A DNA stretch of 64,000 bases from Hyaloraphidium curvatum SAG 235-1 (Eukaryota > Fungi > Monoblepharomycota). Shown piece after piece: positions 1 through 12,184 of this stretch. The notes beneath the pieces are model-generated. The model was not told where the DNA came from. It made no database searches and saw only the letters and a program-made list of their open reading frames with translations. The position numbers were made by a program, and so were the translations under genes. The DNA lies in assembly GCA_025558095.1 (NCBI GenBank), contig JAIVFI010000005.1, forward strand, positions 682,001-746,000, in the 5' to 3' direction. Numbering within the stretch: position 1 is the first letter of the stretch; each line of letters starts with the position of its first letter.

Positions 1-537
1 GGAAGCCGGCTCGGCCGCGGCCCGACCGACCAACTGTTCCCAGGACCAGGCGGCATTGAGCGCCGGCGTTGCGGGCGCAGCAGCATGCGAGGGCTGTGCG
101 AAAGTGTCATTGCGGTTGTCCGCGCCCTCGGAGGTGGCGGTCTCCATGAGGTGCACGTCGTCGCCGGCCACGAACGAGAAGGGGTCCGTGGCCCCGAGTC
201 CGGTGCGCTCGCCGTCCTGGCGGACAGAGTTCTGAGCGCACATCGAGTCGACAGCGCTGAGGCGATTGTCATCGGCTTGCCCGGCGCCGGCGTGGTGCAC
301 GGCTGCCTGTGCCGTCTCGGAGTGCAGGCTCGCCTGCGAGGCGACCAGCAGCTGCGGGAACGGCTTGAACGGGAGCCGCGGAGCATAAGGGGGCTCATTT
401 GCGAGGTCCTTGAGGGTGACGGCGGCGACGGCAGCAGAAATGTCCGACGTGAGGTGCAGGTCGTCCCCGGGCACGAAGCTGAACTCCCGGGACCACCACA
501 GCTGGTGCTGGGGAACAGCGCGGCGCAGCGTGTGCAT
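1..537 (-). CDS. Hypothetical protein, 5' part (runs off left edge)
   Basis: Open frame from ATG at 537 to position 1 (MHTLRRAVPQHQLWWSREFSFVPGDDLHL...FSFVAGDDVHL...AAWSWEQLVGRAAAEPAS). Coding-like codon use; absent from the ORF track because there is no stop in the window. Confidence 0.55.
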   Translation of the reverse strand, partial: MHTLRRAVPQHQLWWSREFSFVPGDDLHLTSDISAAVAAVTLKDLANEPPYAPRLPFKPFPQLLVASQASLHSETAQAAVHHAGAGQADDNRLSAVDSMCAQNSVRQDGERTGLGATDPFSFVAGDDVHLMETATSEGADNRNDTFAQPSHAAAPATPALNAAWSWEQLVGRAAAEPAS

Positions 538-1790
538 TGTCGCGATGCGGTCGAAGCGCAGAAGTCGCGGTAGCTGCCGAAGTCGCCGCGGGAAGGGCGG
601 GAGTCGGTTGAGTGATAAAAGGAAAAAGGGCAGGCAGGGGTCCAGCGCAAGGTCGCAAGGTCGCTCCAAACTCATCGACCATCGACCCGTCCCTTCGATG
701 AGTGACACAGAAGACCGAAGGAATGCCAGAGAGATCCGCTTTCGCAAAGTCCGCCCGACTTTCAACCGCGCGGTCTGAGCTTCCTCGGAATGAGCGAGCG
801 GCGTAGCAGCACCGGCGATCTCCTCTCTCGTTCCGTCATTGAGCCTCATTCAACGGCCAGCAAACGGCCGATTCGAAACTGTCAGCGAAGTTTGTCCAAG
901 CACGCATCGTCAGCGTTCATCGACTCGAGCGCCACCTCAGCTTGTGGCTTACCTGAACGCCGATTCCTAACGACGCCTCCCCGACGCGTCTCCGTCGTTT
1001 GAATTGCCCATTCTCACGGCCCAATGGCCGCATACACTTCTTTGGACCTCCGTGGCTCGCGGGAATTGGGAAGCGGCCCGCACATCTGGCTCCGGGAGCA
1101 ACTGCCAGGGACGCTCAAAGGCGAAATGCCTGCCGTCTTTCGCCTCCAGACCTTCCTATGCGAAGCTTCATTGCTTCCTTCCTGCCACAATGGTTCCGAT
1201 ACGTGCCTGCGACTTGCCGGAAGGACCTCCACGGACGAACAGTTCCATTCCCCTCGGCTGCGGCGAGAACCACGTTTTCCCGCCGTTGCCGTGCCGAATT
1301 ATCCCCGGAGACCCCATGGAGCAGCCGGAGACCCGGATTTGCTCACTCCCCACCTTGGCTTTGGAGGGAACGGGACGTTGGTGGACCGACGCCGGGCTGG
1401 TGTGTGTCAACACCGTTCACAGATCGGGGTCCCCAAATCTCTGCGGTCGGACGGGCGAAAAGTCGCTGTTTCTCCAGCTCTCTGACATCTTCGGTTTGGC
1501 TGCTTGCCCTTTGCCAGCTTTCGGACCTCGTCTGCCATCTGTTGGTCGCCAGGTGCCCTCTTCGGCCTGCGCGGACAGGAGACTCGTGAGGCACATCCGC
1601 AACTCTCATTGAGCCAACTAGAGGTCTACAGACAACAGCCCTGCATCGTCAACAATCATTCTAGACACAGTCAGGCCACCAGGACCTCGCAAGCCCGTAC
1701 ACGACTTCGCCCATCCCACATCGTCCCCGTCCGCGTGTCCGCTGCCCATCTCGGGCTCCAAGAATAGATAGCATTTGTCACTGGCACAGC

Positions 1791-2255
1791 TCACTGGGCA
1801 CTGCGGCGCCAGAACCGCAGGCGGATGTCTGAGAGGCGCGGGAAGAAGCGGCGGCGGGCCGGCTTCGCCTCGGTGACGGCAGGGATGGCGTCCGGGGCCT
1901 CGGGCTCGGCAGCGGGCTCGGCGGCGGCGACAGGCTCCGAAGCGGGCTCCTCCGCGATGGCTTGCAAAGCAAACATGTCCTTCACCGACTCGGGGCCGAA
2001 CCTCCCGCGCAGGAACGCGGCGAAGGCCTCGTGGGCGCCGGGCTTGTCCGCGGCGACCGCCCACTTCAGCCGCACCTCCTCGAAGGCGAAGAAGCCCAGC
2101 CGGTCCGAGAAGTCGTAGCAGCTGAGGTAGCGGCCGAGCGACGGCTGGCGTACGACCACCCGGGGCATCACGTCGCGGGCGGGTGCGTCGGGGTTGCCGC
2201 TGTAGAGAGAGATGTACCGGGGGGCGGCGGCGGCCTCGCAGGTGCAGAGCGACAT
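1791..2255 (-). CDS. Hypothetical protein (~154 aa)
   Basis: C-terminal part of ORF 1791..2507, from MSLCTCE. Strong GC3 bias; no family recognised. Confidence 0.55.
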   Translation of the reverse strand: MSLCTCEAAAAPRYISLYSGNPDAPARDVMPRVVVRQPSLGRYLSCYDFSDRLGFFAFEEVRLKWAVAADKPGAHEAFAAFLRGRFGPESVKDMFALQAIAEEPASEPVAAAEPAAEPEAPDAIPAVTEAKPARRRFFPRLSDIRLRFWRRSAQ

Positions 2256-2344
2256 CTTCTTCGGCGGCAGAAAGTCGCGAGGAGGCGGCGAGTCGTGGCC
2301 TCGGAGCGGAGGCGATGCGACGGCGAGAGTGTGATGAGAGGATG

Positions 2345-2410
2345 GAGAAGAAAGTGAAAAGTTCTCGAGCTCATGCCGAGAAGAAAGTGAAAAGTTCTCT
2401 AGCTCATGCC
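2345..2410. repeat. 33-bp tandem duplication
   Basis: GAGAAGAAAGTGAAAAGTTCTC(G/T)AGCTCATGCC x2, upstream of the 1791..2255 gene. Confidence 0.85.
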
Positions 2411-3372
2411 CATCACGCTGGACCCCTAGGATTCGTAGACCCCAACGCCGTGTGGCGCCAGAAGCCACGAAGCGGAGGCCGCAAGGCACATTGGCCAATG
2501 TCGCCATGCATGAAGAGACCAGGGGTGGAGCGTGGAGTGAGGAGGAGCATTCATTGGTTTCGCGAGGTTCGGAGGCAGTTCAAGGGATGCGACCATCCTG
2601 TCAGTTGCGGCCACCGCACAGGACGGCCCATGCATGTTTCGGAGGAGTCCACGCTCCAATGGACGGCCAGAGCCGACCGGGCATCGGTCCGGCCACTCTA
2701 CTTGACGAGGCGCGACGTCTCCGGGTCCCCACTTCCCACTTGCAGGCACTGAGCATGCAGAAGCATCCAATTCAAGTCAGAGAAGAGGCACAAGGATGTC
2801 GTTTCCGAGTCCGAGCGTCGCGCATGCACCCCGCCACCTTTTGCGGTGGCCGCCCACCCGTCCCTCGAGGAAGCCACGCTCGAAAGCGCCAACAAAAATG
2901 CTGTCCCCACAGGCTTCTGATGAAAGGATCCTGCTGGGAATTCATTCGCTTGTTCCAGGTGCCGGTTCGGGGGTTGGGCGGGTCGAGTAGCGTTGGCGGT
3001 CGGGCGAAGGGGAGGGGTCCCGCGGCGCCCGGCGGTTATCCCGTACAGCTTTCAGGCGCGGCCTGCCAAACATTCGGGTTCCTTTCTTGCGGCCGACATC
3101 GAAATTGGGGCCGCGGCGTCGGAATGCGCGCGAGGGATCGCTCGGTTGTGAGCGGGGGACGGAGGGCGCGCCCATACCAGGGGAGTCGGAAGACGAGGGG
3201 CATCCCGGGATTTGCCGTGCTACGGAAATGAAATGCAGATTGTTGACATGCGGAGGAGGTAGCGGTTTGCAGCGACGGGGCGGCCAACGCTGTCTCCCGC
3301 GTCGCTGACGCGATCAGTGTCGCCCGTCGAGTCCATCGGGTCCAAGGTCACCTCGTGTTCATCGAGACGACA

Positions 3373-4032
3373 ATGACGCCGACGCTGTACCACTGCATCG
3401 CGGCGCGATCCTTCCGCCCCCTCTGGCTCCTCGAGGAGCTCCGCCTCCCCTACAAGCTTGTCGTGCTCCCGTTCCCTCCCCGGGCAAAGCGCCCCGAGTA
3501 CCTCTCCGAGAACCCGCTGGGCACGATCCCGCTGTGGGTCGACGGCGGCACGCGGATGACCGAGAGCGCGGCGATCACGCAGCGGATCGCCGAGGGGACG
3601 GGGCTCGAAGTGGCCCCCGGCGCGCCGGAGCGGGGGCGGTACCTCGACTTTGTCACGTACGGGGAGGCAACCCTCACGTTCCCGCAGACGATCGTGCTGC
3701 GGTACTCGCGGTTCGAGCCCGAGCGGGGGAACCAGGCGGTCGCGGAGGACTACGCGCGGTGGTTCGTGGCCAGGCTGCGGAAGCTCGACGCCGCGCTGCA
3801 GGGGCGGGACTACGTGTGCGGGAACTTCACCGCGGCGGACGTGAGTGTGGGGTACGCTCTCTTGCTGGCGGAGCAGATCGGGCTGGCGGCGAGGTTCAGG
3901 CCCGCGGTCGAGGGGTATTGGGGGAGGCTCAAGGCGAGGGAGGGGTTCAGGAGGGCGGTGGAGAGGGAAAGGAGGGCGGCGGAGGAGCAGGGGGTCGATG
4001 CGGCGTCGTCTACCGAGGCCGGGGCGGCGTGA
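3373..4032 (+). CDS. Glutathione S-transferase, intronless, bacterial-like
   Basis: TLYHCIAARSFRPLWLLEEL..., ENPLGTIP, MTESAAI and FTAADVSVGY match GST N- and C-domain motifs. Confidence 0.93.
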   Translation: MTPTLYHCIAARSFRPLWLLEELRLPYKLVVLPFPPRAKRPEYLSENPLGTIPLWVDGGTRMTESAAITQRIAEGTGLEVAPGAPERGRYLDFVTYGEATLTFPQTIVLRYSRFEPERGNQAVAEDYARWFVARLRKLDAALQGRDYVCGNFTAADVSVGYALLLAEQIGLAARFRPAVEGYWGRLKAREGFRRAVERERRAAEEQGVDAASSTEAGAA

Positions 4033-4811
4033 ACGCTGATCGGCAGGCCGACGCGGTCGACGCTAGGAGCGGGGAGCGGAGTGACATGGTGGACGGAGGC
4101 GGGGACGGCGCGAACGGGGATCGGGGGCCAGACGCGGCCCCGCGATCTATGCATGTAATGAACGGAAGGTTTTCGGGTGGATGCCCACCACCTCGCTCTG
4201 GTTTCGGAGTCGTTTGCCGGGGGTGCCTGATCGCGAAACGAAGGCCCGGCGGCGGATTCCACGGCGTTCCGATCGCGTCCGGCGGGGATGGAAATGTTAA
4301 GGTAGGTATGAATTGGTTGCTTCCGAGGGGAGCAAGTGGCCGATGGCCGGCGACGCGGGTGCGCTGTGGTCCCGGATCTGACTCCTCGGGGTGATGTCTC
4401 CGCGGTGTTCGAGCCAGTGTCCTCACGCCTTCCCCGCGGGCCCACCCACGCCCCGCCGGCCCCGGTCCATGGCCAGCGGGCGCCGCGTTCAAGGTGAGCA
4501 CCCAGCCGCGATCGCGGGGCGCGGAGGACGGCGCGGGCGCGGGGCCGCCAGATCTCCCCGCCAGCGTCCCCGCGCGGCCGACGCCGCGCGAGCACCGGCG
4601 GGCCCGCGCGGCCGGCGCGGCGTGCGCATCGCACTGCGCGGGGCGAGATCGCGTCGCCGCGGCCCCCGCCGGCCGCCGCCCCGCCCGCCGTGTCGCGCGC
4701 GCCGCTAACTCCGTTCGCCCCAGGTCGCACCCTCCTCCGCCCCACACCCCGCACCGCCCGTGCTGCCGCCGCACTTTCCCGCCGCGCATCGCCGCCGCGC
4801 GCCCCGCTTCC

Positions 4812-7800
4812 ATGATGGCGTCGGCCGCGCCCGGCGCCGCCCGGCACCCCGTGCCCGCCCCGCCGGGCCTCGCCTCCTTCGGCCCCCTCGGCGCCCCCCC
4901 CGCACCGCCGTCAAAGCTGCCGATCGGCGCCCACGTCAAGCACGACTCGGTCGACACGATTTTGCAGTCGCCGGACTCGAGCGTGACCCTCGCAGACGAG
5001 GGCTTTTACGCCGCGCCGCCGATGGGGTACGTGGATCGGGCTCCCCGCCCCCGCACGCCCGCTGATCTCGCCCGCCGCGCCTCCAGCTTCCCGCCGCTGC
5101 CGATGGTGCTGCCCGTGACGCTGCCCGCGGCCGCCGTCGTCCCCGCCTACGACGGCCGCGACGTGCTGCACTCGTTCCGGCCCCCCGCCGAGCAGTTCCC
5201 GATGCCCGGCCCGGCCGACGACGATCCCGCGGCCAGGTTTGAGCAGCGGCCGTCGACCCCGGTGCAGAACACGGTGGCCGCCGGCGTCGCGGGCGCCCGC
5301 AGGTCGCCCGCACCGCACGTCCTCGGCACCTCGGCCGACAGCTCGTCGACCACCGGCGGGTCCGGCGGCATCGGCTCCAGCATCTGGTCGTACGGGCCCC
5401 GCGACGGCACTTTCACGTCGCCCAAGCTGGGCTGGTCGACCGTCGACGCCGACCGGTCCGCCTCGCGCAACGAAACCGCGCCCAACGGCCGCTTCTCCAC
5501 GCAGGACATGCGTCCGGAGGATGCCATCGCTGCAACGCCCAACCTCGACCCGTCGAGTATACCCGATTTCGACGGCGAGATCAACAGGAGCTTCGAAACC
5601 CTGGCCCTCGACGACAGCGCATCGGTCGCATCCGGCTACGCGGCCATGCAGGCCTCCTCGTCGCCTTACCTCGGCGAACGCGGCCCCGTATCGGGTTACA
5701 GCACGCCGACCCGTCAGCACAGGGCGTCCTTCTCGGGCGTGGGCCCCGCGAGGAACCTGCTCGCCACGCCGCCCACCAAGAACGCCTACCCCGGCAGCGC
5801 CGACAGCAGCCCCATGACCGTCATGTCGGGCGGGTCGAGCTACCTGCTCCCGCCGACCACGCCGCCCGTCAACCTGCGCCGTTCGAGCCTCGGCCAACCC
5901 GTGTTCTCGCCCGACACCTCGGCCGGTTCGCCCACGGTTCGTCCCGCCGGCCTCGGCATCTCGATGCAGCCGCGCCCCGCCTCCGCCACGCCGTACTACG
6001 TCGAGCAGCCCTTCCGCCCCGCCGGCTCGCCCTACCTCGGTTCCGGCGACTTCTCGAGCTGGTCCGCCGCCGACCCTTTCCAGCAGGCCCAACCCCGCTA
6101 CCCCGCCGCCCCCCCGCGCTTCGACCCCCACGCCGACCAATCCCCCACGCGCTCCCTGTGGATCGGCAACCTCGACCCGCACGTGGACGCCTCCACCCTC
6201 GCCGCGGCCTTCCGCGGCTTCGGCCCGATCGAGAGCACCCGCGTGCTCAGGGAGCGCGACTGCGCCTTCGTCAACTTCCTCGACCCCGCGCACGCGGTCG
6301 CGGCCAGGAACGCGATGCAGGGGCGGGCGATCGGGGGGATGCCGGTGCGGATTGGGTTCGGGAGGGTGGAGAGGGGGGAGAGGGAGGGGGCGGGGGAGCA
6401 GGTGCCGACGAAGAGCGTGTGGATCGGGAACCTTCCCGGCGGGGTGGAGGCGGAGGATCTGAGGAGGATCTTCAGGCAGTTTGGGCCGATGGAGTCGGCC
6501 CGTGTGCTGGTGGGCTCTCCGTGGTCGTCGTCGCCCGCGCACCGTACTCACCCTGCCCCTCGCAGACCCACAAGAACTGCGGCTTCGTCAACTTCGAGAA
6601 CATCGAGCACGCCATGGAGGCCGTGCGCGCCATGCACGGCACCCAGATCGGCCCTAACTTCGTCCGCCTAGGCTACGCCAAGGTGCCAGCGCGGGAAGGC
6701 TTCCCCCGCCCGCTCGCCGACGCGGGATACGGGTACCCCGCCGCTGGCACCTGGCAGGACGAACAAGCGTACCGCGACGACGCGGCGTTTGAGGGCCCGG
6801 AGCCCGCCCCCTTCCCGGCTGCGCCGGGCGGTGAGGACTACATGTCGGCCATACCGGAGCTCCCCGACCCCGCGCCGCACCGGAGGCCGGACCAGGCTCG
6901 GCTGCGCGAGATGAGGAAGAAGCTCGAGGGGCAGGGGCACGCGGGGGTCGGGCTCAGGGAGCTCGACGCCATGTTTGCCGAGTGCGAGGACGACTTTGTG
7001 GGGCTTTCCACCGGTGCGTATTTCCGCGATGGGTCGGGGCGGCAATCCGGTAACGCGGCACCTTCGACAGACTACATCGGCAACGTCGTCCTTCAGAAGA
7101 TACTGGAGCGCGTGGGCGACCACTACCGCCAGCGCTTCATCAACCAGGTCGCCCCATACCTGGCCGCGATCGGGGTGCACAAGAACGGGACCTGGCTGGC
7201 CCAGAAACTGATCCAGCTCTCCAGGACGCCGCAGCATGTGCGTTTCTGTTGCCTTCGCCCGTGGTTGCATGCTCTGACCGGTCCTGCCGCAGATGGATAC
7301 CATCGTTGCCTCAATCCGGCCGTACACCTACCGCCTCCTGCAGGATCAGGTCGGCAACTACGTGGTCCAGCAGTGCCTCAGCTTCACCGACGGGCGCAAC
7401 CAGTTCGTCTTTGACGCCATGTCGGGCCCGCGCTGCCGCGAGATCGCCACGGACCGCTACGGCGCCCGCTGCATGCGCACCTGCCTCGAGCTCCCGCAGA
7501 CGTCGCAGCTGCAGCAGCGCCAGGTGGCCGCGGCGATCATCAGGAACGGCCGGCAGCTGGCCGTGAACCCCAACGGCGTGCTGCTGGTGACGTGGCTCCT
7601 CGAGACCAGCCAGCTGCACGGCAGGTACAGGCTTCTCGCCCAGCAGTTCGAGGAGGAAATGGCCGGCCTGGCATGCGACAAGCTGGCCAGCACGATCATC
7701 GTCAAGCTCGGTGCGTCGTCCGCTCGCTTTGGGCGGCGAGCTTTCCTGATCATCTCCCTGCAGTCAACCAGCGTGTCGAGCTCGATGCCCGCCGGATCGT

Positions 7801-8338
7801 CTTTGATGCCCTATTCTTCAACGACGGCTGGAGGTCCGGCATCCAGCACGTGCTCAACGACTTTGCCCACGGCGTCGCCCTGCTCCAGAAGTTCCTCAGT
7901 TCGACATACCTTGATCACGAGGAAAAAACCCGCGTCGCGGACCGCATCAGGATGGGGCTCGCCGCGGCGGCCGCCGACGTCGCACGCAACGCCAACGCCG
8001 GGTACCGCCGCCTGATCGACGAGCTCAGGATGCTCCCCGTCGGGCCGGACGGCGTGCAGGCGGTCGCCACGCTCGGCCGGTTCGGCGTCGACGCGGGGAT
8101 CGGCGCGTTCCCAGGGTACCACGCCATCGACCAGATGGCAGCCCAAGGGGAGGCACCCGTGGTCCTCGCTTCGGCCGGGCCGTCGTTCAGGGATGCACCG
8201 GCGATGCCCGATTTCGCGCCGTTCCAGATGCAGCCGCCGGCCCAGGACCTGCAGGCAGGATGGAACGGCATGCCTGCCTACCCGCCCGCCCGCGGGCAGT
8301 ACAACCAGTCCGCCGACCCGGACGCCCTCCAGCTTTGA
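4812..8338 (+). CDS. JSN1: RRM + Pumilio-repeat RNA-binding protein (Jsn1/Puf1/Puf2-like), multi-exon
   Basis: Two RRMs (PTRSLWIGNL..CAFVNF; PTKSVWIGNL..KNCGFVNF) followed by PUF repeats (DYIGNVVLQK, HKNGTWLAQK, DQVGNYVVQQC, DRYGARCMR). GT-AG introns at 6510-6565, ~7014-7070, ~7238-7292 and ~7710-7763. Confidence 0.9.
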
Positions 8339-8524
8339 ACTCCCACCACCAGCTCTACAGCAGATCTTGGCCTTGATATCCAGAATCATTGTCGCTCGCG
8401 CATGTACACACATCACCATCGAGTTACTGTAGTCAAGATATTATAGCTTGTACAGGATTCTTTCTTTTGGTCGGTACTTATGTAACTTGTAACATCAACG
8501 GCACGAGTACATTTTTTGATTTGA

Positions 8525-9951
8525 CTACGTCTCGCAAATGACCTGAGGACGGTGTTACGTTGACCTGTCAGACCCAGGCAGGAAGAGCTTACCTCTGTCT
8601 GACCAAAGAAGATGGGCGCCCATGCCCCGACCGCCGTGCGAGTAGAGTTTCGGACCTCAATGATCCTCTTGAAAAGCCTCATCACCGTGCCATCCGCAGC
8701 CTCGTAGGTCCACACCATCCCTTCCCGCCCTCCGGTGTGCTCATCCGTGTCCTGATCGTCGTCCGGGCGCAGGAATAAGCGCACCGTCGGGACTCCCTGC
8801 CAGATCATGCCCAGCGCCGGCTTCGTGCCGCGAGGCACACCCTCGTCCCGGGCCGACACTGCATGATTGACGACCTGGTGCGCGGTCAAAGCACGGCAAT
8901 CCAGGCACGGCGTCGGGCCCACCAGGACGGCAACCCCGTGGTTCGCGGCGATCGACCTCATCATCCTCGCGATTGTGGCGGCGAGCATCTGGCCCGTTCC
9001 TTGCTTCATACTGAGCACAGGCGAAAGCACGGATGCCACCGAGTCGATCACGAGAAGCTGCATGCGCGAATAGAAGTCCTGTTCCGGATGGAGGTGAGGG
9101 CTGCTGTGCTAGGCTTCGAGGGCGTCGACACGCACATTGCCTTTGGAAAGCGCCACGTCCAGCTCCTCCAGCATGCCAATCATGGCGTAGGCATCGTAGC
9201 AATCCATGACGCGAACGCAAGATAGGATCTCCTGGTTCGTCTTGTTGCCGCTCAACAAAGGCACCGCGCGTTGGAATGGGCCTACTCACTACACCACGGC
9301 TCCGCGCCGACGCGAATCTATCGCTGCCGTTGAAGAGCTCCAGGATTCGTGTGGCGCTAAAGGAGTTGGCGGTGTCGACGTAGACAACGGTACCCAAAGG
9401 TTGCCGCAATGCCCCCTCCGGATCAGAGAGAACCACGGCGCAGACGGCGCTGTAGAAGCAGAGCTGGGTCTTGCCTTGATTGCTCGGCCCGGACAGCTCG
9501 ACGACGTCCCCGTGGTGGATTCCGCCGTCCAAGAGAGCGTCAACGCTGCGGGGGGCCGTCGTCATGTGCAGTCAACACGGGCGGTGGCGGAACAAACCCC
9601 TCGCAACCCATGGTCCAGGCTTTGAGCGCTCCCGTATCCGCCAAAGATGCTGCTGCTTCCAGAGCCTCGCTGCCCGTGCGGCAGTTCGCACTGTATGCCT
9701 CGCTCAGGTGGGCCCGGACATCCCGAGCCAGTGCGGCGTCGATTCCCGCCCTTGCAGCGAGGTCCCGCTCGTCCGCAAGCAGCACATCGCGGTCTGTTCA
9801 AAGGGAGGAGGAAGTCGGATCGCGTTCGAAAGGCGCTGTCCTCGAGGCACGGACCCGTGAGGATACCAACGGCGGCGAGCTTCTCGAGGGCCGAGTTCAG
9901 GACCTGGTTCCCGGGGTTCAGCAGCTGCCTAATGTCCTGCAGCGGCGGCAT
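8525..9951 (-). CDS. RAD51D: RAD51 paralog (RAD51D-like), multi-exon
   Basis: DALLDGGI..VVELSGPSNQGKTQLC (Walker A), YVDTANSFS, LLVIDSV (Walker B), KPALG..W. Several short introns; last exon and stop approximate. Confidence 0.85.
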
Positions 9952-10114
9952 CGGATGCTCCGGATCCCGTGCCGGCCGTGGCCATGTCCTTGAGCTTCGG
10001 CGATCGAGTCGGCGAGCGGGACGCGGGACGCGGATCCCGGGGCCGCGCGCGGCACATCGCGCTCAATTCCCGGCACGGCTAAGCCCCGGTTGTCCAATAC
10101 CCACAGATGCCCGG

Positions 10115-11931
10115 ATGCTGGATGCAATCGAACAAGGAAAGCCGGAGCGCACCAGTGCAGCACCTCGAATCTGCCATTGGCGTGGGCAGAACCCTCGATT
10201 CACGCTGTTCCTTCAAGCATCCCTGGCACTCAACGTGTTCTGGCTGACCAGCTTCCTGCTCGTCCTCCGGAACGATGAGCTCGACTTCAATGCCAACATG
10301 GCAAAGGCCTTGCGGCTCTTTCCGCAACCTCGGGTCGCTGGAGGCCCGTACACCTGGGTCTGTGTGCTGTTCGTACTTTCTACCATTCAAGGCGCCGCGT
10401 CGCTTCACCTCTGGCCGAGGTTGGCTTTGCCAAGGACAGTATACATTGCAGTGGCTCTGCTCGACGTCCTTTTCTTCCTGTGGCCGTGTTCTGTGACGGC
10501 TGTCTTCTTGTGGCTGCAGATCTGGGGCGTCTACGACGTTTCCCTGTGGATTTCCTGGCTGTGCTTCCATGGTCCGATACTGCACCTCCTGATCCCACCG
10601 CTAAGTGGTGGACTGTTGATTATTCGTGATTTGCGACCGGGGAGTCTCCCTTGGGTCGCAGCTTCACTGTTCCTGGCGACCGCGGTCGCGGTCCTTTCCC
10701 ACCCGACAGTAATCTCACTGTGCGGAGCTACCTCCCTGGTGACACATATGGACCGGAACTGGACTGCGTCGAAACCCGCCCTTTGGGCTCATGCAGGGGG
10801 CCGAGCCGAAGCGCCCGAAAACACCGTGCAGGCATTCGGGGCTGTGGCCCGGAACCCCTCCGTTTACGGCATCGAAAGTGATGTGGTGCTGTCTGCTGGC
10901 TGGGAGCCTTTCATTATGCACGGTGAGCACATTTGCACGGTATCATGCCCGTTTCTGACCCGTCGGTTGCATGCAGATTGCCGGGCAATCGGCCGCACGA
11001 CGGATGCGTTCACCGTCTTCAACGCTACAACCGCCAGCAGGCCGTGTTTTGAGTGGGATATATCCCAAATCAACCGTCTGGATGCAGGCAGCTGGTTTGC
11101 ACCGCAGTTTGCGGGCACCGGTGTGCCTGCGTTCTCCGATCTGCTCCGGGTGGCGAGAGAGAGCGGAAAGAAGGTCATTCTCGACCTCAAGTATGGCGAC
11201 TCCGGCCCGGTGCGTACGTTCGGGATTCGGGCTTCCGGCAATCGTTGCGCAGCTCTGCTCACACTCTCTTCGCTCCACAGTACGCTGCATTCGTTACCTT
11301 GCGCAGCGTTCTGGAGATGGACATGCTAGATCAATTTGTCTGGCTAAACTACGGCTTCGGTGCGAACTGGGAAGAGCTGTACGCGCCCGTTTTCGACTAC
11401 TTCGGCGTGCGCGAGCGTATGACTTTTGGCATGAACGCCCCCGCACCCGAGAAGTGGGACTCGGTGTTGGCGATCGGACCGCGCAACGTCACCGTCGTGG
11501 TTCTTCCCTGCGGCGCCCCTGCCAGCTCGTTCCTTTTCTACCGCCAGCGCAATGTTACCGTGCTCACCTACACTGTCAACGCTCAATGGCTCTTTTCGTC
11601 CCTGTGGCTCGGAAGCCTCTCCGACGGAGTCATATCCGACGACCCAGCCGCCCTGGCAGATCTTGCAGCCCCCATCCACCTCCCATGGGACACTTTTGCG
11701 TACTGCGCGGCTGCGAGCTACCTGTCCGCTGCGCTCTTTATCGGAGCTCTTGCGTGGCCCATTGCTCGGAGAAGAATGGCGGGAGCCACGGCTGACGCAG
11801 ACTGCAAGGAATCCAGCGAGGCCTTGGCGCCAATCGAGGAACATCCGCACCGCGACGGCTTTGCGATGAGGCCGCCACTGCTGAGGATGAGATCTGTAGT
11901 CCGAAGCGGAAGCGCGAGGCTCGAGCTGTAG
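10115..11931 (+). CDS. Membrane glycerophosphodiester phosphodiesterase (GDPD; GDE2/GDPD5-like topology)
   Basis: Several N-terminal TM segments, then WAHAGGRAEAPENT, GIESDV, LDAGSWF, ILDLK, YTVNAQWLFSSLW..SDGVISD, and a C-terminal TM. Introns at ~10923-10977 and ~11210-11279. Confidence 0.85.
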
Positions 11932-12184
11932 GAATCAGCCAACTCCTTCTCATCTTACCAGCCCTGGGATTGATCTTTTATTTGGGAGGAGAGCAAGCTG
12001 ACTCTGCCGGACTCATTTTTGCTCCAAACTGGTCGAAAAGGCCGGGAGGATAGGAGTCATGTGTGATGAGTCCTACGGGCACTTGACCAACCGAAACCGA
12101 CAACACAGCGTCCGTCGTCCGGCAGCTCACGAGGAACCGCGGCCGCGCCGAAAGCAGACTCGGAATCAAATCGACTACCATCGC

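Noticed and set aside
999-1612. Three overlapping + strand ORFs
   Set aside because: No recognisable domain or clear codon bias; a small orphan gene cannot be excluded.
4911-6551. Long antisense ORFs (also 58034-59509, 28605-29609, 85-573)
   Set aside because: Shadow frames of high-GC3 genes on the opposite strand; no motifs.
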